Source: Senegalimassilia sp. (GTDB lineage: Bacteria; Bacillota; Clostridia; Lachnospirales; Lachnospiraceae). From it: a stretch of DNA of 64,000 bases. The stretch is taken from positions 2,769 to 66,768 of the forward strand of contig CAVKUD010000001.1 of assembly GCA_963659315.1 (NCBI GenBank), given 5' to 3'. Each line of letters begins with the position of its first letter. Positions within the stretch are counted from its first letter, which is position 1. A program made the translations under genes and the position numbers. Shown piece after piece: positions 49,782 through 60,859 of this stretch. A model generated the notes under the pieces. That model did no database searches, was not told the DNA's origin, and was given only the letters and a program-made list of their open reading frames with translations.

Positions 49782-50207
49782 ATGATAAATAATTTGGCAT
49801 TAATAATGGGTCTTATAATATTGGGGGCAGTAGATTTTATCACTAAAAGACTGCCGCTTCCGGTAATAGGTTTGTGGGGCGCACTGGCAGTATTTATACA
49901 GGTGTATGAAGGTAATCTCTTATGCCAGACAAGACTTATTGCGATTATTCCAGGAATACTTTTGTTTATACTGGCGAGGGTGACGGGTGAAAAAATCGGA
50001 TATGGTGACGCATGGGTTGTTTTAATCATGGGAATATACATGGATGTAAACAAGCTGATGGCAGCAGGAATGATTGCGATAAGCATATCAGGTATAGCAG
50101 CACTGATATTAATAGCCTTCTGTAAAAAGAAGATGAATTATGAAATACCCTTTATCCCATTTCTGCTTGTGGGCTGTGTGGCGGAACAGGTCATATACAT
50201 GCCTTAG
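49782..50207 (+). CDS. Second A24 prepilin peptidase-like protein
   Basis: IGYGD and EIPFIPFL; hydrophobic. Confidence 0.75.
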   Translation: MINNLALIMGLIILGAVDFITKRLPLPVIGLWGALAVFIQVYEGNLLCQTRLIAIIPGILLFILARVTGEKIGYGDAWVVLIMGIYMDVNKLMAAGMIAISISGIAALILIAFCKKKMNYEIPFIPFLLVGCVAEQVIYMP

Positions 50208-50284
50208 TATGCAGAAAAGCTGCCAGTGGCAGGTTTTCTGTATGAGCAAGCTGTGAGTGCCGGCAGGATAAGAAAGGATTAGCT

Positions 50285-50500
50285 ATGATGGTACATGCAA
50301 AATTAAAGGGCAGTTATACAGTTGAAGCTGCTATTATAATTCCAGTTTTTATATTTATTCTGGCTATTGGCATGAGGGCTGGACTGATTCTGTATGAGGA
50401 GATAAGTCAGGAAGAGGAGCAGGAAATTGTGAATGGAATGTGGGCTGTGGATGATTTTTACAGATATAAATGTATGGGTGAGGTAATAGATGGAGATTGA
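50285..50500 (+). CDS. Small TadE-like protein
   Basis: KGSYTVEAAIIIP. Confidence 0.7.
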   Translation: MMVHAKLKGSYTVEAAIIIPVFIFILAIGMRAGLILYEEISQEEEQEIVNGMWAVDDFYRYKCMGEVIDGD

Positions 50501-51752
50501 GTATGAGAGAACACTGACGGGCAGCTATATGAAAATAGCAGCAGCCTGCAATGATGGATTTGATGAAAAGATAATGTTGAAAAATAAGATGCCAGGCTTT
50601 CTGAAGGTGGAAAAGAGCCATGTAAACGGGGAGGGGATGTACTGGTATGATATTTCCGGCTATCAGTCTCTTGCAGTAATATGCCAATTTAAGAAGCTGG
50701 ATATTAATTTTATAGAAAAGTTTATTTTAACGCTTTGTGACCAGATTGAGACTATGGAGAGAAATCTTGTGGATATAAACTGTCTGCTCCTGGATGCGGA
50801 CACAATCTTTATATCAAACATGGACGAGAGCATAAGGTATGTCATATATCCGGAAGGCTTTGAAAGCCTGTCAGTGTATGTGAGGGATGTGATGGAATAT
50901 ATGCTCACCAAGCTGGATCACAGCAATAAGGCAGAGGTGCAGACAGTATATGACATATATGAGAAGACGCTGGACTCTGATTACAGCATTATGGATATTA
51001 AGGACATGATACTTAAGAGGAGACAGGAGGCGGTAAAGGAACAGGTAAGCTATGAGACTATAGCAGATGTGCAGCTGCCGGAGGTCATAGAGGATAAGCC
51101 AGAGCCAATAAGTGACGAGGCTTCTGGCTCAGAAAATAAAATTTTAAAGAAGCTGTCAGACCTTATAGAGGAGTATCTGGGGATAAATCTCATAGAGCTT
51201 TTTAAGCCCAGAGAAAGTAAGCTCAAAGAAAGTAAGTCCAGGGAAAATAAGCCATATAAGGAAAAGACATACGGTGATAAAAGTCCAGATACAGAAAGAA
51301 AAAAGAAGCGTAGGACCAGAAACTCAAGGCGCAAGTCAGAGCTTGTGGTTGAGCCTGAACGGGAGGCAGCAGACTCTTGCAGCCAGAGACTTAAAGAGCA
51401 GAAGTCAGAGCCCGTAAAGCAGATACATCCTACCGTGTGCCTGACGGATTACAGGGAGCATCCCCAGGGACTCCTCTTGTATGAGGGATATGAGGGGCTT
51501 GGCAATATAACGATAACAGGGCAGGAGACCAGAATAGGCTTGTCAGAGGAGATGGACGCTGTGATAGACAAAACCACTATCAGCAGGATTCATGCCTGTA
51601 TAGCTCAGGAAGATGGAGAATTTTATCTGTCAGATATGAATTCAAGTAATGGAACATTCGTCAATGATAAACCTGTGGCATATAGAGAAAGATGTAAACT
51701 AAAGACAAATGATATAGTCCGTTTTGCAGATGTAAAATACCGATTTGTTTAA
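50490..51752 (+). CDS. DUF6382-like protein with C-terminal FHA domain
   Basis: YDISG.QSL N-domain; ISRIHA...DMNSSNGTFVN FHA motif. Confidence 0.8.
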   Translation: MEIEYERTLTGSYMKIAAACNDGFDEKIMLKNKMPGFLKVEKSHVNGEGMYWYDISGYQSLAVICQFKKLDINFIEKFILTLCDQIETMERNLVDINCLLLDADTIFISNMDESIRYVIYPEGFESLSVYVRDVMEYMLTKLDHSNKAEVQTVYDIYEKTLDSDYSIMDIKDMILKRRQEAVKEQVSYETIADVQLPEVIEDKPEPISDEASGSENKILKKLSDLIEEYLGINLIELFKPRESKLKESKSRENKPYKEKTYGDKSPDTERKKKRRTRNSRRKSELVVEPEREAADSCSQRLKEQKSEPVKQIHPTVCLTDYREHPQGLLLYEGYEGLGNITITGQETRIGLSEEMDAVIDKTTISRIHACIAQEDGEFYLSDMNSSNGTFVNDKPVAYRERCKLKTNDIVRFADVKYRFV

Positions 51753-51822
51753 GCTCTTGATTGAATTCCCGAGGTAGAACGATTATAATTAATCTGATAA
51801 AAGCCGACAGGAGAGTAAGTCA

Positions 51823-52812
51823 ATGAATATTAATATATACTATGGAGGAAGAGGTCTTTTAGATGATCCTACACTATATGTTATAGGAAAAATGGAGGAC
51901 GTCTTAAGAGAGCTCAGGGTTCAGGTTAAGCGTTATAATATATTTGAGCACAAAAACGAGATAGCGACTCTGCCACAGACCTTTAAGGATGCAGATGGAA
52001 TCATTCTGGCAACCACAGTAGAATGGCTTGGCATAGGTGGATTTATGCAGCAGTTTCTGGATGCATGCTGGCTGTATGGAGACAAGGAAAAAATAGCAAC
52101 CACATATATGCAGCCGATTGTCATGTCCACAACATACGGAGAAAGAGATGCTGAGACCACGCTCACAAATGCGTGGGAAGTATTAGGAGGTCTGCCTTGT
52201 GCAGGCTTATGCGGCTATGTAGAGGATTTGGCTACATTTGAGACAAATAAGGAGTACAACCTTATTATAGAGAAAAAGGCAGAAAATCTTTACAGGACAA
52301 TATCCCAGAAAATCAGAAGCCTCCCTACAAGCAACCAGGCGGTTAAGCGCAGCGTGTTCAGGACACAGCAGCTTGAGCTTACACCACAGGAAAGTGAGCA
52401 GCTATCTAAATATGTATCAGATGATACTTATGTAAAGCAGCAGAAAGAGGATATAGAGGAGCTTGCTTCTATGTTCAAGGACCTGCTTGGTCAGGACAAG
52501 GATAAGGAGCAGAACCTGTTTATCAAAGAGCTGGAATCACATTTTACACCATTAGATGACTTTGAGGCGAGCTATTCACTCATTATAGAGGGAATCAGGA
52601 ATCCATTATACATAAGAGTCAATGACAGGGATTTGCTTATCCAGTATGGTAACGAAGAGCAGATTGATGTGGTAGCAAAGCTTGGCATGGAGGTTATGCA
52701 GAGCATCGTAGAGGGCAGAATGACCTTCCAGAGAGCTTTTATGACAGGTGAGATGACTGCGAAGGGCAATTTTAAGACCTTAAGAACCCTGGATCAGATA
52801 TTCCCATTCTAA
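51823..52812 (+). CDS. Flavodoxin-like fold protein with C-terminal SCP2 sterol-binding domain
   Basis: ADGIILATTVEW; C-terminal FQRAFMTGEMTAKGNF. Confidence 0.7.
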   Translation: MNINIYYGGRGLLDDPTLYVIGKMEDVLRELRVQVKRYNIFEHKNEIATLPQTFKDADGIILATTVEWLGIGGFMQQFLDACWLYGDKEKIATTYMQPIVMSTTYGERDAETTLTNAWEVLGGLPCAGLCGYVEDLATFETNKEYNLIIEKKAENLYRTISQKIRSLPTSNQAVKRSVFRTQQLELTPQESEQLSKYVSDDTYVKQQKEDIEELASMFKDLLGQDKDKEQNLFIKELESHFTPLDDFEASYSLIIEGIRNPLYIRVNDRDLLIQYGNEEQIDVVAKLGMEVMQSIVEGRMTFQRAFMTGEMTAKGNFKTLRTLDQIFPF

Positions 52813-52835
52813 GGATATACAGCAAAAATAGAAAG

Positions 52836-53264
52836 GTGGACTATAAAATGAAAGATGATAATTGTATTTTCTGTAAGCTTGCAAACGGACAGATACCGAC
52901 AAATTCAATCTATGAGGATGAGGATTTCAAGGTTATTCTGGACGCAAGCCCAGCTACAAGGGGACATGCCCTGATTTTGCCAAAAGAGCATTATGCAAAT
53001 ATTTTTGAGATTGATGATGAAGTTCTTGCAAAGGCAGCAAAGCTTGCAAAGAAAATCATGATAAGAGAGAAGGATGCCTTAAAGTGTGATGGCTACAATC
53101 TGGTTCAGAACAATGGTGAGGTTGCAGGACAGACTGTATTTCATTTCCATATGCACCTGATACCTCGTTATGCAGAGGATGATAATGAGGGAGTTATCGA
53201 GTGGAAACATCTTGAACTGACAGATGATGAATTTAGTGAAATTAAGAATAAAATGTCGATGTAA
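52836..53264 (+). CDS. HIT family nucleotide-binding protein
   Basis: CIFCK, GHALILPK, GQTVFHFHMHLIPR. Confidence 0.92.
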   Translation: MDYKMKDDNCIFCKLANGQIPTNSIYEDEDFKVILDASPATRGHALILPKEHYANIFEIDDEVLAKAAKLAKKIMIREKDALKCDGYNLVQNNGEVAGQTVFHFHMHLIPRYAEDDNEGVIEWKHLELTDDEFSEIKNKMSM

Positions 53265-53393
53265 TATGCGTGGTATGGGGCTTAATAAGCCCCATATTCT
53301 ATATCTACGCCCTTGAATTAAGGTTTATTTAATAGTATAATTTCCACGATTGAATAAATTGAAGAAAAGTTTAAATCAGGAGGACTCTTAATT

Positions 53394-54974
53394 ATGGTTA
53401 AGTGGAACAATTTGGATACTCTTGCTTCATTCAAGGAACTCTCAGATGCAAAGAGAGTAAACCTTCAGGATGTAATGTCAGGTGAGAACGGAGCAGAGCG
53501 AGTAAAGAAATACAGCATTGAGATGGCAGAGGGACTTACATATAACTATGCCGCTAAAGCTGTTGATGATGAAGTACTTGCAGCACTTGAGAAGCTGGCA
53601 GAGGAAGCACAGCTTGCAGAGAAGTTTGAGGAGCTTTACAACGGAGCAGTAATCAACACAGGAGAGAATCGTCTTGTTCTTCACCATATGACACGTGGTC
53701 AGCTTGGAAATGCAGTAGAGGCAGATGGCGTTGATAAACGTGCATTTTATGTAGAGCAGCAGGAGAGAATTGCAGATTTTGCAAATAAGGTTCATGCTGG
53801 AGAAATCACAAACGCAGCAGGAGAGAAATTCACTACTGTAGTTCAGATTGGTATCGGTGGAAGTGACCTTGGTCCTCGTGCAATGTACCTTGCACTTGAG
53901 AACTGGGCAAAGAAGAACAATCTCTTTAAGATGGAGGCTAAGTTCATCAGCAATGTAGACCCTGATGATGCAGCAGCAGTTCTTAATTCTATAGATGTAG
54001 CACATTCACTTTTCGTACTTGTATCAAAATCAGGTACAACACTTGAGACTCTTACAAATGAGTCATTTGTCAAGGATGCATTGAAGAACGCAGGACTTGA
54101 CGCATCAAAGCATATGATTGCAGTTACAAGTGAGACATCACCACTTGCAAAGAGCGATGATTACCTTGCAGCTTTCTTCATGGATGATTATATCGGTGGA
54201 CGTTACTCTTCTACATCAGCAGTTGGTGGAGCAGTATTATCACTCGCCTTTGGACCAGAAGTATTTGCCCAGTTCCTTGAGGGAGCAGCAGCAGAGGATA
54301 AGGTTTCTGCAAACAAGAATGTATTAGAAAACCCAGCAATGCTAGATGCACTTATCGGTGTATACGAGAGAAACGTGCTTGGATATCCTGCAACAACAGT
54401 ATTGCCATATTCACAGGCATTAAACCGTTTCCCTGCACATCTTCAGCAGCTTGATATGGAGTCAAACGGAAAGTCTGTTAACAGATTCGGAGAGCCTGTA
54501 GATTATCCAACAGGCCCAGTTATCTTTGGAGAGCCTGGAACAAACGGACAGCACTCATTCTATCAGCTCCTGCATCAGGGAACAGATATTGTGCCATTAC
54601 AGTTTGTAGGCTTCAGAAACAACCAGATTGGAACAGACGTAGTAATCCAGGACAGCACAAGCCAGCAGAAGCTCTGCGCAAACGTAGCAGCCCAGATTGT
54701 AGCATTTGCATGTGGAAAGTCTGATGACAATAAGAATAAGAACTTTAAGGGCGGACGTCCATCAAGTATTATCATTGGAGACCAGCTCAATCCAAAGACA
54801 CTTGGTGCTCTTCTTGCACACTTTGAGAACAAGGTTATGTTTCAGGGATTTGTATGGAATATAAACAGCTTTGACCAGGAAGGTGTACAGCTTGGAAAGG
54901 TGCTTGCTAAGAAGGTGCTTGCACATGAGACAGATGGAGCATTAAAGGTCTATAGTGATTTGTTAAATATCTAA
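53394..54974 (+). CDS. pgi: Glucose-6-phosphate isomerase
   Basis: IGIGGSDLGP, SKSGTTLET, GGRYS, QQLDMESNGK, SFDQEGVQLGK. Confidence 0.95.
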   Translation: MVKWNNLDTLASFKELSDAKRVNLQDVMSGENGAERVKKYSIEMAEGLTYNYAAKAVDDEVLAALEKLAEEAQLAEKFEELYNGAVINTGENRLVLHHMTRGQLGNAVEADGVDKRAFYVEQQERIADFANKVHAGEITNAAGEKFTTVVQIGIGGSDLGPRAMYLALENWAKKNNLFKMEAKFISNVDPDDAAAVLNSIDVAHSLFVLVSKSGTTLETLTNESFVKDALKNAGLDASKHMIAVTSETSPLAKSDDYLAAFFMDDYIGGRYSSTSAVGGAVLSLAFGPEVFAQFLEGAAAEDKVSANKNVLENPAMLDALIGVYERNVLGYPATTVLPYSQALNRFPAHLQQLDMESNGKSVNRFGEPVDYPTGPVIFGEPGTNGQHSFYQLLHQGTDIVPLQFVGFRNNQIGTDVVIQDSTSQQKLCANVAAQIVAFACGKSDDNKNKNFKGGRPSSIIIGDQLNPKTLGALLAHFENKVMFQGFVWNINSFDQEGVQLGKVLAKKVLAHETDGALKVYSDLLNI

Positions 54975-55025
54975 TTGATTTGATGTTAAGTCTGATTTGA
55001 TATGTTAATGAGTGTGAAGCGTTAT

Positions 55026-55252
55026 AGAAAAACTTCACACTCAAAATGTAAAAATAAACCGAAGGGCATACAGTTGTTTATCAGAAAACAATATGAACTG
55101 CCATGGGGTTCCAGAATCATGGAAATGGAAACTGCATTACAAATTTGTAAGCCCTATCCGCAATTAAATCCCATGGCTGACTTCATATTTTTTCTGAGAA
55201 ATACACTGTATGTTCTTCGGTTTTTAAATACCTCTAGGTGTGAAGTTTTTCT
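55026..55252. repeat. ~227-bp imperfect palindromic element (MITE/REP-like)
   Basis: Perfect 15-bp terminal inverted repeat AGAAAAACTTCACAC (55026-55040 / 55238-55252) plus ~55-bp imperfect internal arms. Confidence 0.75.
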
Positions 55253-55259
55253 GTTTCAC

Positions 55260-56327
55260 CTACTTAGCTTCAGATTTAATCAAATCAACAATAGTCCCAA
55301 TAGAATCCATCTGCCCACTCTGCGCCATAGCGTCAATATATTTCTGACTGTTATCATACACTTCCTGCACCGCTCTAAGAAGCGACTCTGCTGTCAGATG
55401 CTCCTCCTCCAGTACATAAGAAAATCCCTGCTTCTTAAATGAATTGGCATTTAAGACCTGGTCTCCCCTGCTTGCAGCAGCAGAAAGAGGAATGAGGATG
55501 TTTGGCTTATGTAATGCAAGAAGCTCACATATGGAGTTGGCGCCGGCTCGTGAGATTGCCATATCAGCAAGAGCAAACATATCTGTAAGCTCTGAGCTTG
55601 CGTATTCAAACTGGGCATATCCGATTGTTCCAGACAGTGAGTTGTCCAGATTTCCCTTACCGCACAGATGAATTATATAGAATTTTTCCAGTAATTCAGG
55701 CAATACCTTGCGCACAGCCTCGTTTACAATCTTAGAACCAAGACTGCCACCTATAATAAGAAGAACTGGCTTGCTGTGATCCTTAAAATTGCAGAGTTTT
55801 AAGGCGTTTTCCGCATTTCCTGAGAAAAGCTCACGGCGGATAGGAGAACCTGTGAGGACTGCCTTATCAGCTGGGAGATACTTCATGGTCTCAGGAAAGT
55901 TGCAGCAGACCTTTTTGGCACCCTTTATGGCAATCTTGTTTGCCAGTCCCGGAGTGATGTCTGACTCATGTATGATGGCTGGAATATGACAGTGCTTTGC
56001 AGCCAAAACTACAGGAACAGATACAAATCCACCCTTTGAAAATACCACATCCGGCTTTATCTTTTTCATAAGGGAAACCGCCTGACCATAACCCTTTATA
56101 ACCCTGAATGGGTCTGAAAAGTTTTTCCAGTCAAAGTAACGGCGGAGCTTACCGGATGATATTCCGTGGTAAGGTGTTCCGGTGGCTTCGATAAGCCCTT
56201 TTTCCATACCGTTTATGGAACCGATGTACTCGATGTCAAAGCCTGCCTCCTTTAAGGCTGGCATAAGAGCTATATTTGGGGTTACATGTCCGGCAGTGCC
56301 GCCACCAGTCATAATTATTTTTTTCAT
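55260..56327 (-). CDS. murG: UDP-GlcNAc:lipid I transferase MurG
   Basis: [36 protein letters not shown]. Confidence 0.95.
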   Translation of the reverse strand: MKKIIMTGGGTAGHVTPNIALMPALKEAGFDIEYIGSINGMEKGLIEATGTPYHGISSGKLRRYFDWKNFSDPFRVIKGYGQAVSLMKKIKPDVVFSKGGFVSVPVVLAAKHCHIPAIIHESDITPGLANKIAIKGAKKVCCNFPETMKYLPADKAVLTGSPIRRELFSGNAENALKLCNFKDHSKPVLLIIGGSLGSKIVNEAVRKVLPELLEKFYIIHLCGKGNLDNSLSGTIGYAQFEYASSELTDMFALADMAISRAGANSICELLALHKPNILIPLSAAASRGDQVLNANSFKKQGFSYVLEEEHLTAESLLRAVQEVYDNSQKYIDAMAQSGQMDSIGTIVDLIKSEAK

Positions 56328-56526
56328 AGACTTACCTCATTATTAATTAGTAAATAGTTTGTTCGTTCATTATATGTAAATATATATAATGTCATTCTCT
56401 GATATATCTTATACTGACGAAATAAAAAGTCAAGCCCTGATAAATGTCGAAACTTGCGACCGAAACAGGGGTGAAAGAGGGAAAATCCTGGGGTATAATT
56501 TAGGACAAAGGGAGGATGTTTGTAAA

Positions 56527-56913
56527 ATGACAGAACACTACATACAGCTTCTAAAGACAAATCCTGGAGCATTATTCTGGGGACAGGCTCTTGCGGTAAT
56601 AGTCATTGCCGTAATCATAATTGTACAATTTATAGTGATGCTTGTCCTGTGCAGCAGGTTAAAAAAACAAATGAAAAGAATAGACACAACTATAAATCAT
56701 GCAAAGCAGTATCTGGATGTGATTTTAGAAGGCGATGACAGCGAGCTGGATAGAAACCTGTCATCACAGAAGACAGGTATATCTGCCCTGGCAGCCGGCA
56801 GGACAGCATATAAAGGCGGCTCTGCAGGAGCTGGGGAAAATGTCGGGAAATCTGGCTATGGAGAGGATACAAACCGCATAATATCTGCTGTTTTGGACGA
56901 GGTATTCCAGTAA
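56527..56913 (+). CDS. Hypothetical single-TM protein
   Basis: GGAGG RBS before ATG 56527; one hydrophobic helix. Confidence 0.6.
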   Translation: MTEHYIQLLKTNPGALFWGQALAVIVIAVIIIVQFIVMLVLCSRLKKQMKRIDTTINHAKQYLDVILEGDDSELDRNLSSQKTGISALAAGRTAYKGGSAGAGENVGKSGYGEDTNRIISAVLDEVFQ

Positions 56914-57089
56914 GCTCTACTGTATGGAAAATCACACTGATTTGGATGAAAACACCCAGAATTTGACAAAATGTAAATATTCTGCTAATATGCCACTGTA
57001 ACATGTTTGTAACATTTGAAATAAAATGTTTAAAAACGAAACATAAGTGTAATAATAATAGCATATTATTACACCATGGAGGACTAAAA

Positions 57090-58295
57090 ATGATGCTAAA
57101 CAAAAAAGTGATTGAGAGCGCTGCTGTGCTTGGACTTGCAACAGTATTATCAATCACGGCGGTTACTAACAGCGATAAGGCTGTGATAGCAAACACCAGA
57201 GTAGAGTATGATGGAATAGCCGGTGTTACAGCAGCACTTGCTGGTTACCAGCAGGCAGCGGCAGATGAATACGATATTGCAGTTTCTGTACAGAAGGATG
57301 ATGTGGTGCTGGTTGCAGCAACACAGGATGAGACAGAAGAGACAGCAGTGGAGGAGCTTTCACCAGAGGAGCAGGCATGGCAGACAAATCTCATGGCAAA
57401 TGTAGATGATTTCCTAAATGTCAGAGAGGCAGCCGACGGTGAATCAGCCATAGCAGGAAAATTATACAAGGGAGATGTAGCCACAATCGTTGAAGCTGGA
57501 GACGAATGGACACTGGTTACATCAGGAAATTTAACAGGATATGTTAAAAACGAATACTGCCTGACAGGCACAGAGGCATATGCTTATGCACAGAGCAATT
57601 GTGAAACAGTTGCAGAGGTAAACACAAATAACCTCCGTATCCGTTCAGAGCAGAGCGTTGACAGCAAAATACTAAACACTGTGTCAACAGGAGCAGAGCT
57701 TACAGTTGATACAGAGGCGGAAGTCACAGATGGCTGGGTAGCAGTGAAGAGCGGCTCACAGACAGCATATGTAAGCTCTGATTATGTGACAGTAAAGCTC
57801 AATACAGGTGTGGGAATTACACTTGCAGAGGAGCAGGCAGCCATTGAGGCAGAGCAGGCAAGGGCAGCGGAGGAAGCTGCAAGACTTGCAGAAGCACAGG
57901 CAGCCCAGAGCACACAGGCTGTAGAGACAAGTCAGGGAGCTGGCGTTCCAGCAGCAGTAGATGATGTGACACTGCTTGCAGCAATCATCCAGTGTGAGGC
58001 TGGTGGTGACATATATGAGTCCCAGCTTGCAGTGGGAGCAGTGGTAATAAACAGAGTAAAGAGTGGAGCTTATCCTAATTCAATCTCAGAGGTAATCTAC
58101 CAGAGAGGACAGTTTGGACCAGCAAGCTCAGGAAAGCTCGCAAGAGTACTTGCATCAGGAAGTATCAGTGGAACAGCTTATCAGGCAGCCACAGATGCGA
58201 TAAACGGTGCAGACAATACAGGTGGATGTACTGGATGCCGTGGAGCATCATCAGGACATGCAGGAATCGTAATAGGAGCCATGGTCTTCTATTAA
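57090..58295 (+). CDS. Cell wall hydrolase (two SH3b domains plus SleB/Hydrolase_2)
   Basis: LNVRE / LRIRS SH3b repeats; LLAAIIQCEAGG...AVGAVVINRV...YQRGQF. Confidence 0.88.
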   Translation: MMLNKKVIESAAVLGLATVLSITAVTNSDKAVIANTRVEYDGIAGVTAALAGYQQAAADEYDIAVSVQKDDVVLVAATQDETEETAVEELSPEEQAWQTNLMANVDDFLNVREAADGESAIAGKLYKGDVATIVEAGDEWTLVTSGNLTGYVKNEYCLTGTEAYAYAQSNCETVAEVNTNNLRIRSEQSVDSKILNTVSTGAELTVDTEAEVTDGWVAVKSGSQTAYVSSDYVTVKLNTGVGITLAEEQAAIEAEQARAAEEAARLAEAQAAQSTQAVETSQGAGVPAAVDDVTLLAAIIQCEAGGDIYESQLAVGAVVINRVKSGAYPNSISEVIYQRGQFGPASSGKLARVLASGSISGTAYQAATDAINGADNTGGCTGCRGASSGHAGIVIGAMVFY

Positions 58296-58314
58296 AATAA
58301 AATCAATCATACTC

Positions 58315-58342
58315 AGGCTTCGCCAGATGGCGGAGCCTTTTT
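58315..58342 (+). terminator. Intrinsic terminator
   Basis: AGGCTTCGCC-agat-GGCGGAGCCT then T tract. Confidence 0.8.
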
Positions 58343-58415
58343 CTATACATAAAAAAACTTGCGTATAACAGGCAAAAGGGGTAAAATTACTTAAACTTAA
58401 AGGGAGGAAAGAGCA

Positions 58416-59405
58416 ATGAACTTAAAGGGAAGAAACTTTTTAAAATTAATGGATTACACACCAGAAGAAATTACATACCTGATTGATTTATCAGCAGAGC
58501 TGAAGGAAAAGAAGAAAAAAGGAATCAGACATGACGACTTGGCTGGCAAAAATATTGCACTGATTTTTGAAAAGACAAGTACCCGGACAAGATGCTCTTT
58601 TGAGGTAGCAGCACACGATTTGGGAATGCATGTTACATACCTTGACCCAAGCGGCTCTCAGATAGGCAAGAAGGAGAGCATAGCTGACACAGCAAGAGTC
58701 CTGGGCAGAATGTTTGACGGAATCGAATACAGAGGCTTCGGACAGGATATAGTAGAGGAGCTTGCCCAGTATGCAGGAGTACCAGTATGGAACGGACTGA
58801 CAAATGAGTTCCACCCGACACAGATGATAGCAGACATGCTCACAATCAGGGAGCATCTTGGAAAGCTCAAGGGAGTCAAGTTTGTATACATGGGAGATGC
58901 CCGCTACAATATGGGAAATTCCCTTATGGTGACATGTGCAAAGCTTGGCATGGATTTTGTGGCATGTACAAATAAGAAATATTTTCCAAATGATGAGCTT
59001 GTAAAATACTGTAAGGACGTAGCTGCCCAGACAGGAGCAGGCATTACGCTTACAGAGGATGTGGCAGAGGCAACTAAGGACGCAGACGTAATCTACACAG
59101 ACGTGTGGGTATCAATGGGTGAGCCAGAGGAAGTATGGGCAGAGAGAATAAATGACTTAAAGCCATATCAGGTAAATGCAAAGGCATTTGAAAATGCCAA
59201 GGACAGCGCAATCTTCATGCACTGCCTGCCAGCTTTCCATGACTTAAAGACAACAATCGGCAAGCAGGTATATGAGAAGTTTGGTCTCTCAGAGCTTGAG
59301 GTGACAGATGAAGTATTTGAGGGAGAGCGCTCGGTTGTATTTGATGAGGCAGAGAACAGAATGCACTCAATCAAGGCTATTATGAGAGCCACACTGGCTG
59401 AATAA
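58416..59405 (+). CDS. argF: Ornithine carbamoyltransferase
   Basis: [28 protein letters not shown]. Confidence 0.95.
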   Translation: MNLKGRNFLKLMDYTPEEITYLIDLSAELKEKKKKGIRHDDLAGKNIALIFEKTSTRTRCSFEVAAHDLGMHVTYLDPSGSQIGKKESIADTARVLGRMFDGIEYRGFGQDIVEELAQYAGVPVWNGLTNEFHPTQMIADMLTIREHLGKLKGVKFVYMGDARYNMGNSLMVTCAKLGMDFVACTNKKYFPNDELVKYCKDVAAQTGAGITLTEDVAEATKDADVIYTDVWVSMGEPEEVWAERINDLKPYQVNAKAFENAKDSAIFMHCLPAFHDLKTTIGKQVYEKFGLSELEVTDEVFEGERSVVFDEAENRMHSIKAIMRATLAE

Positions 59406-59521
59406 TAAATAACTAAGATTTCCCACACAAGAGATATGTGTTATCTTTTCGGATTAGTGAAGATTATCTGTGGGAAGCCTGGGCTATAATATAAAAGAAA
59501 GATATAAAAAAGATATAACAT

Positions 59522-60502
59522 ATGAAAACACAGATATTAAGAATGCTCCGTGAGACCGACGGCTATGTGTCAGGTCAGGAGCTGTGTAACAAATTTGGCG
59601 TGAGCAGGACAGCAGTATGGAAGGCTATAAACCAGCTGAAGGAGCAGGGCTATGAGATAGATTCAGTTCAGAATAAGGGCTATCACATAACAAAGGCTCC
59701 AGACGTGATGACAGAGGAAGAGCTGCAAAGCTGTCGCAGAACCAGGTGGGCTGGTCAGGAAATCATGTATTTTGACCAGATAGATTCAACTAACATAAAG
59801 GCAAAAGAGCTTGCGGAGCAGGGCTATCCAAGCGGCACCCTTGTCGTGGCAGATAAGCAGGTGGCAGGCAGAGGCAGAAGGGGCAGAAACTGGGACTCAC
59901 CATCAGGAACAGGAATATTTATGACCATGATGTTAAAGCCTGAGATAAATCCAAACAACGCATCAATGCTTACACTGGTAGTAGCCCTGGCAGTTGCCAA
60001 TGCCATAAAGGACGTAACAGAGCTGGATGCCAGGATAAAGTGGCCAAACGATATAGTGATAAACGGCAAGAAAATATGTGGTATTTTAACCGAGATGAGT
60101 GCCCAGTTTGATTATATAAACCATATAGTAATCGGAATCGGCATAAATGTTCACAACGAAGCATTTCCAGAGGAGATATCGGCTGTGGCAAGCAGCCTGT
60201 TGCTGGAGAGTGGCGGCAAGCGATTCAGGAGAGCCGAGATAATAGAAAAGGTACTGGAGTATTTTGAGGAATACTACGAGATATATTTGCAGACAGAAGA
60301 TTTGTCGGCTCTGACAGGAGAGTATGATAAGCTCCTTGTAAATATGAATAAGCAGGTTAAGGTTTTGGACCCAAAGGATGAGTTTGAGGGCAAGGCAATG
60401 GGAATAACCGCCAAGGGTGAGCTGATAGTGGACACCTGGGAATCAAGAAAGCTCGTCTCAAGCGGCGAGGTATCGGTGAGAGGAATATACGGATATGTCT
60501 AA
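59522..60502 (+). CDS. birA: Bifunctional biotin repressor / biotin-protein ligase
   Basis: N-terminal HTH (VSRTAVWK), DSTN, GRGRRGR, KWPND. Confidence 0.95.
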   Translation: MKTQILRMLRETDGYVSGQELCNKFGVSRTAVWKAINQLKEQGYEIDSVQNKGYHITKAPDVMTEEELQSCRRTRWAGQEIMYFDQIDSTNIKAKELAEQGYPSGTLVVADKQVAGRGRRGRNWDSPSGTGIFMTMMLKPEINPNNASMLTLVVALAVANAIKDVTELDARIKWPNDIVINGKKICGILTEMSAQFDYINHIVIGIGINVHNEAFPEEISAVASSLLLESGGKRFRRAEIIEKVLEYFEEYYEIYLQTEDLSALTGEYDKLLVNMNKQVKVLDPKDEFEGKAMGITAKGELIVDTWESRKLVSSGEVSVRGIYGYV

Positions 60503-60857
60503 TGAAATAAAAAACGCAACTGGAGATAACGAGGAGATACTGTGTGTATCAAACGGATACCAGAAAAAGTATTACCTGAATGAGCATTTTCAGAAAATGC
60601 CTGAGACAATAAAGGATGAGCTTAAAATCATGTGTGTGCTCTACACAGAAGATGTGGGAGGAATCCTTGAATTATTTTTTGACGAGGATGGAAACCTTGA
60701 TTTCAGGACATCCTGCCAAGAGAACGACTTCATGTATGATGAAATCGGAAGCGTGCTTAAGATAAAACAATACCAGAGTGAGAGAAGAGAGCTGCTTGAG
60801 TCAGTAGAGACATACTACAGGATAATGTTTCTGGGCGAGGGCTTAGAGGAGGACTAG
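60495..60857 (+). CDS. Conserved hypothetical protein (DUF6145-like)
   Basis: YQKKYYLN...[16 protein letters not shown]...DEIGS.LKIK; between birA and coaX. Confidence 0.65.
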   Translation: MSNEIKNATGDNEEILCVSNGYQKKYYLNEHFQKMPETIKDELKIMCVLYTEDVGGILELFFDEDGNLDFRTSCQENDFMYDEIGSVLKIKQYQSERRELLESVETYYRIMFLGEGLEED

Positions 60858-60859
60858 AG

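Noticed and set aside
55002..55442. 146-aa plus-strand ORF
   Set aside because: It runs through the palindromic repeat and antisense into murG, with no RBS or protein-like motif.
59420..59480. TTCCCACA...TGTGGGAA dyad upstream of birA as a BirA operator or riboswitch
   Set aside because: It does not match the BirA operator pattern I know; more simply a hairpin after argF.
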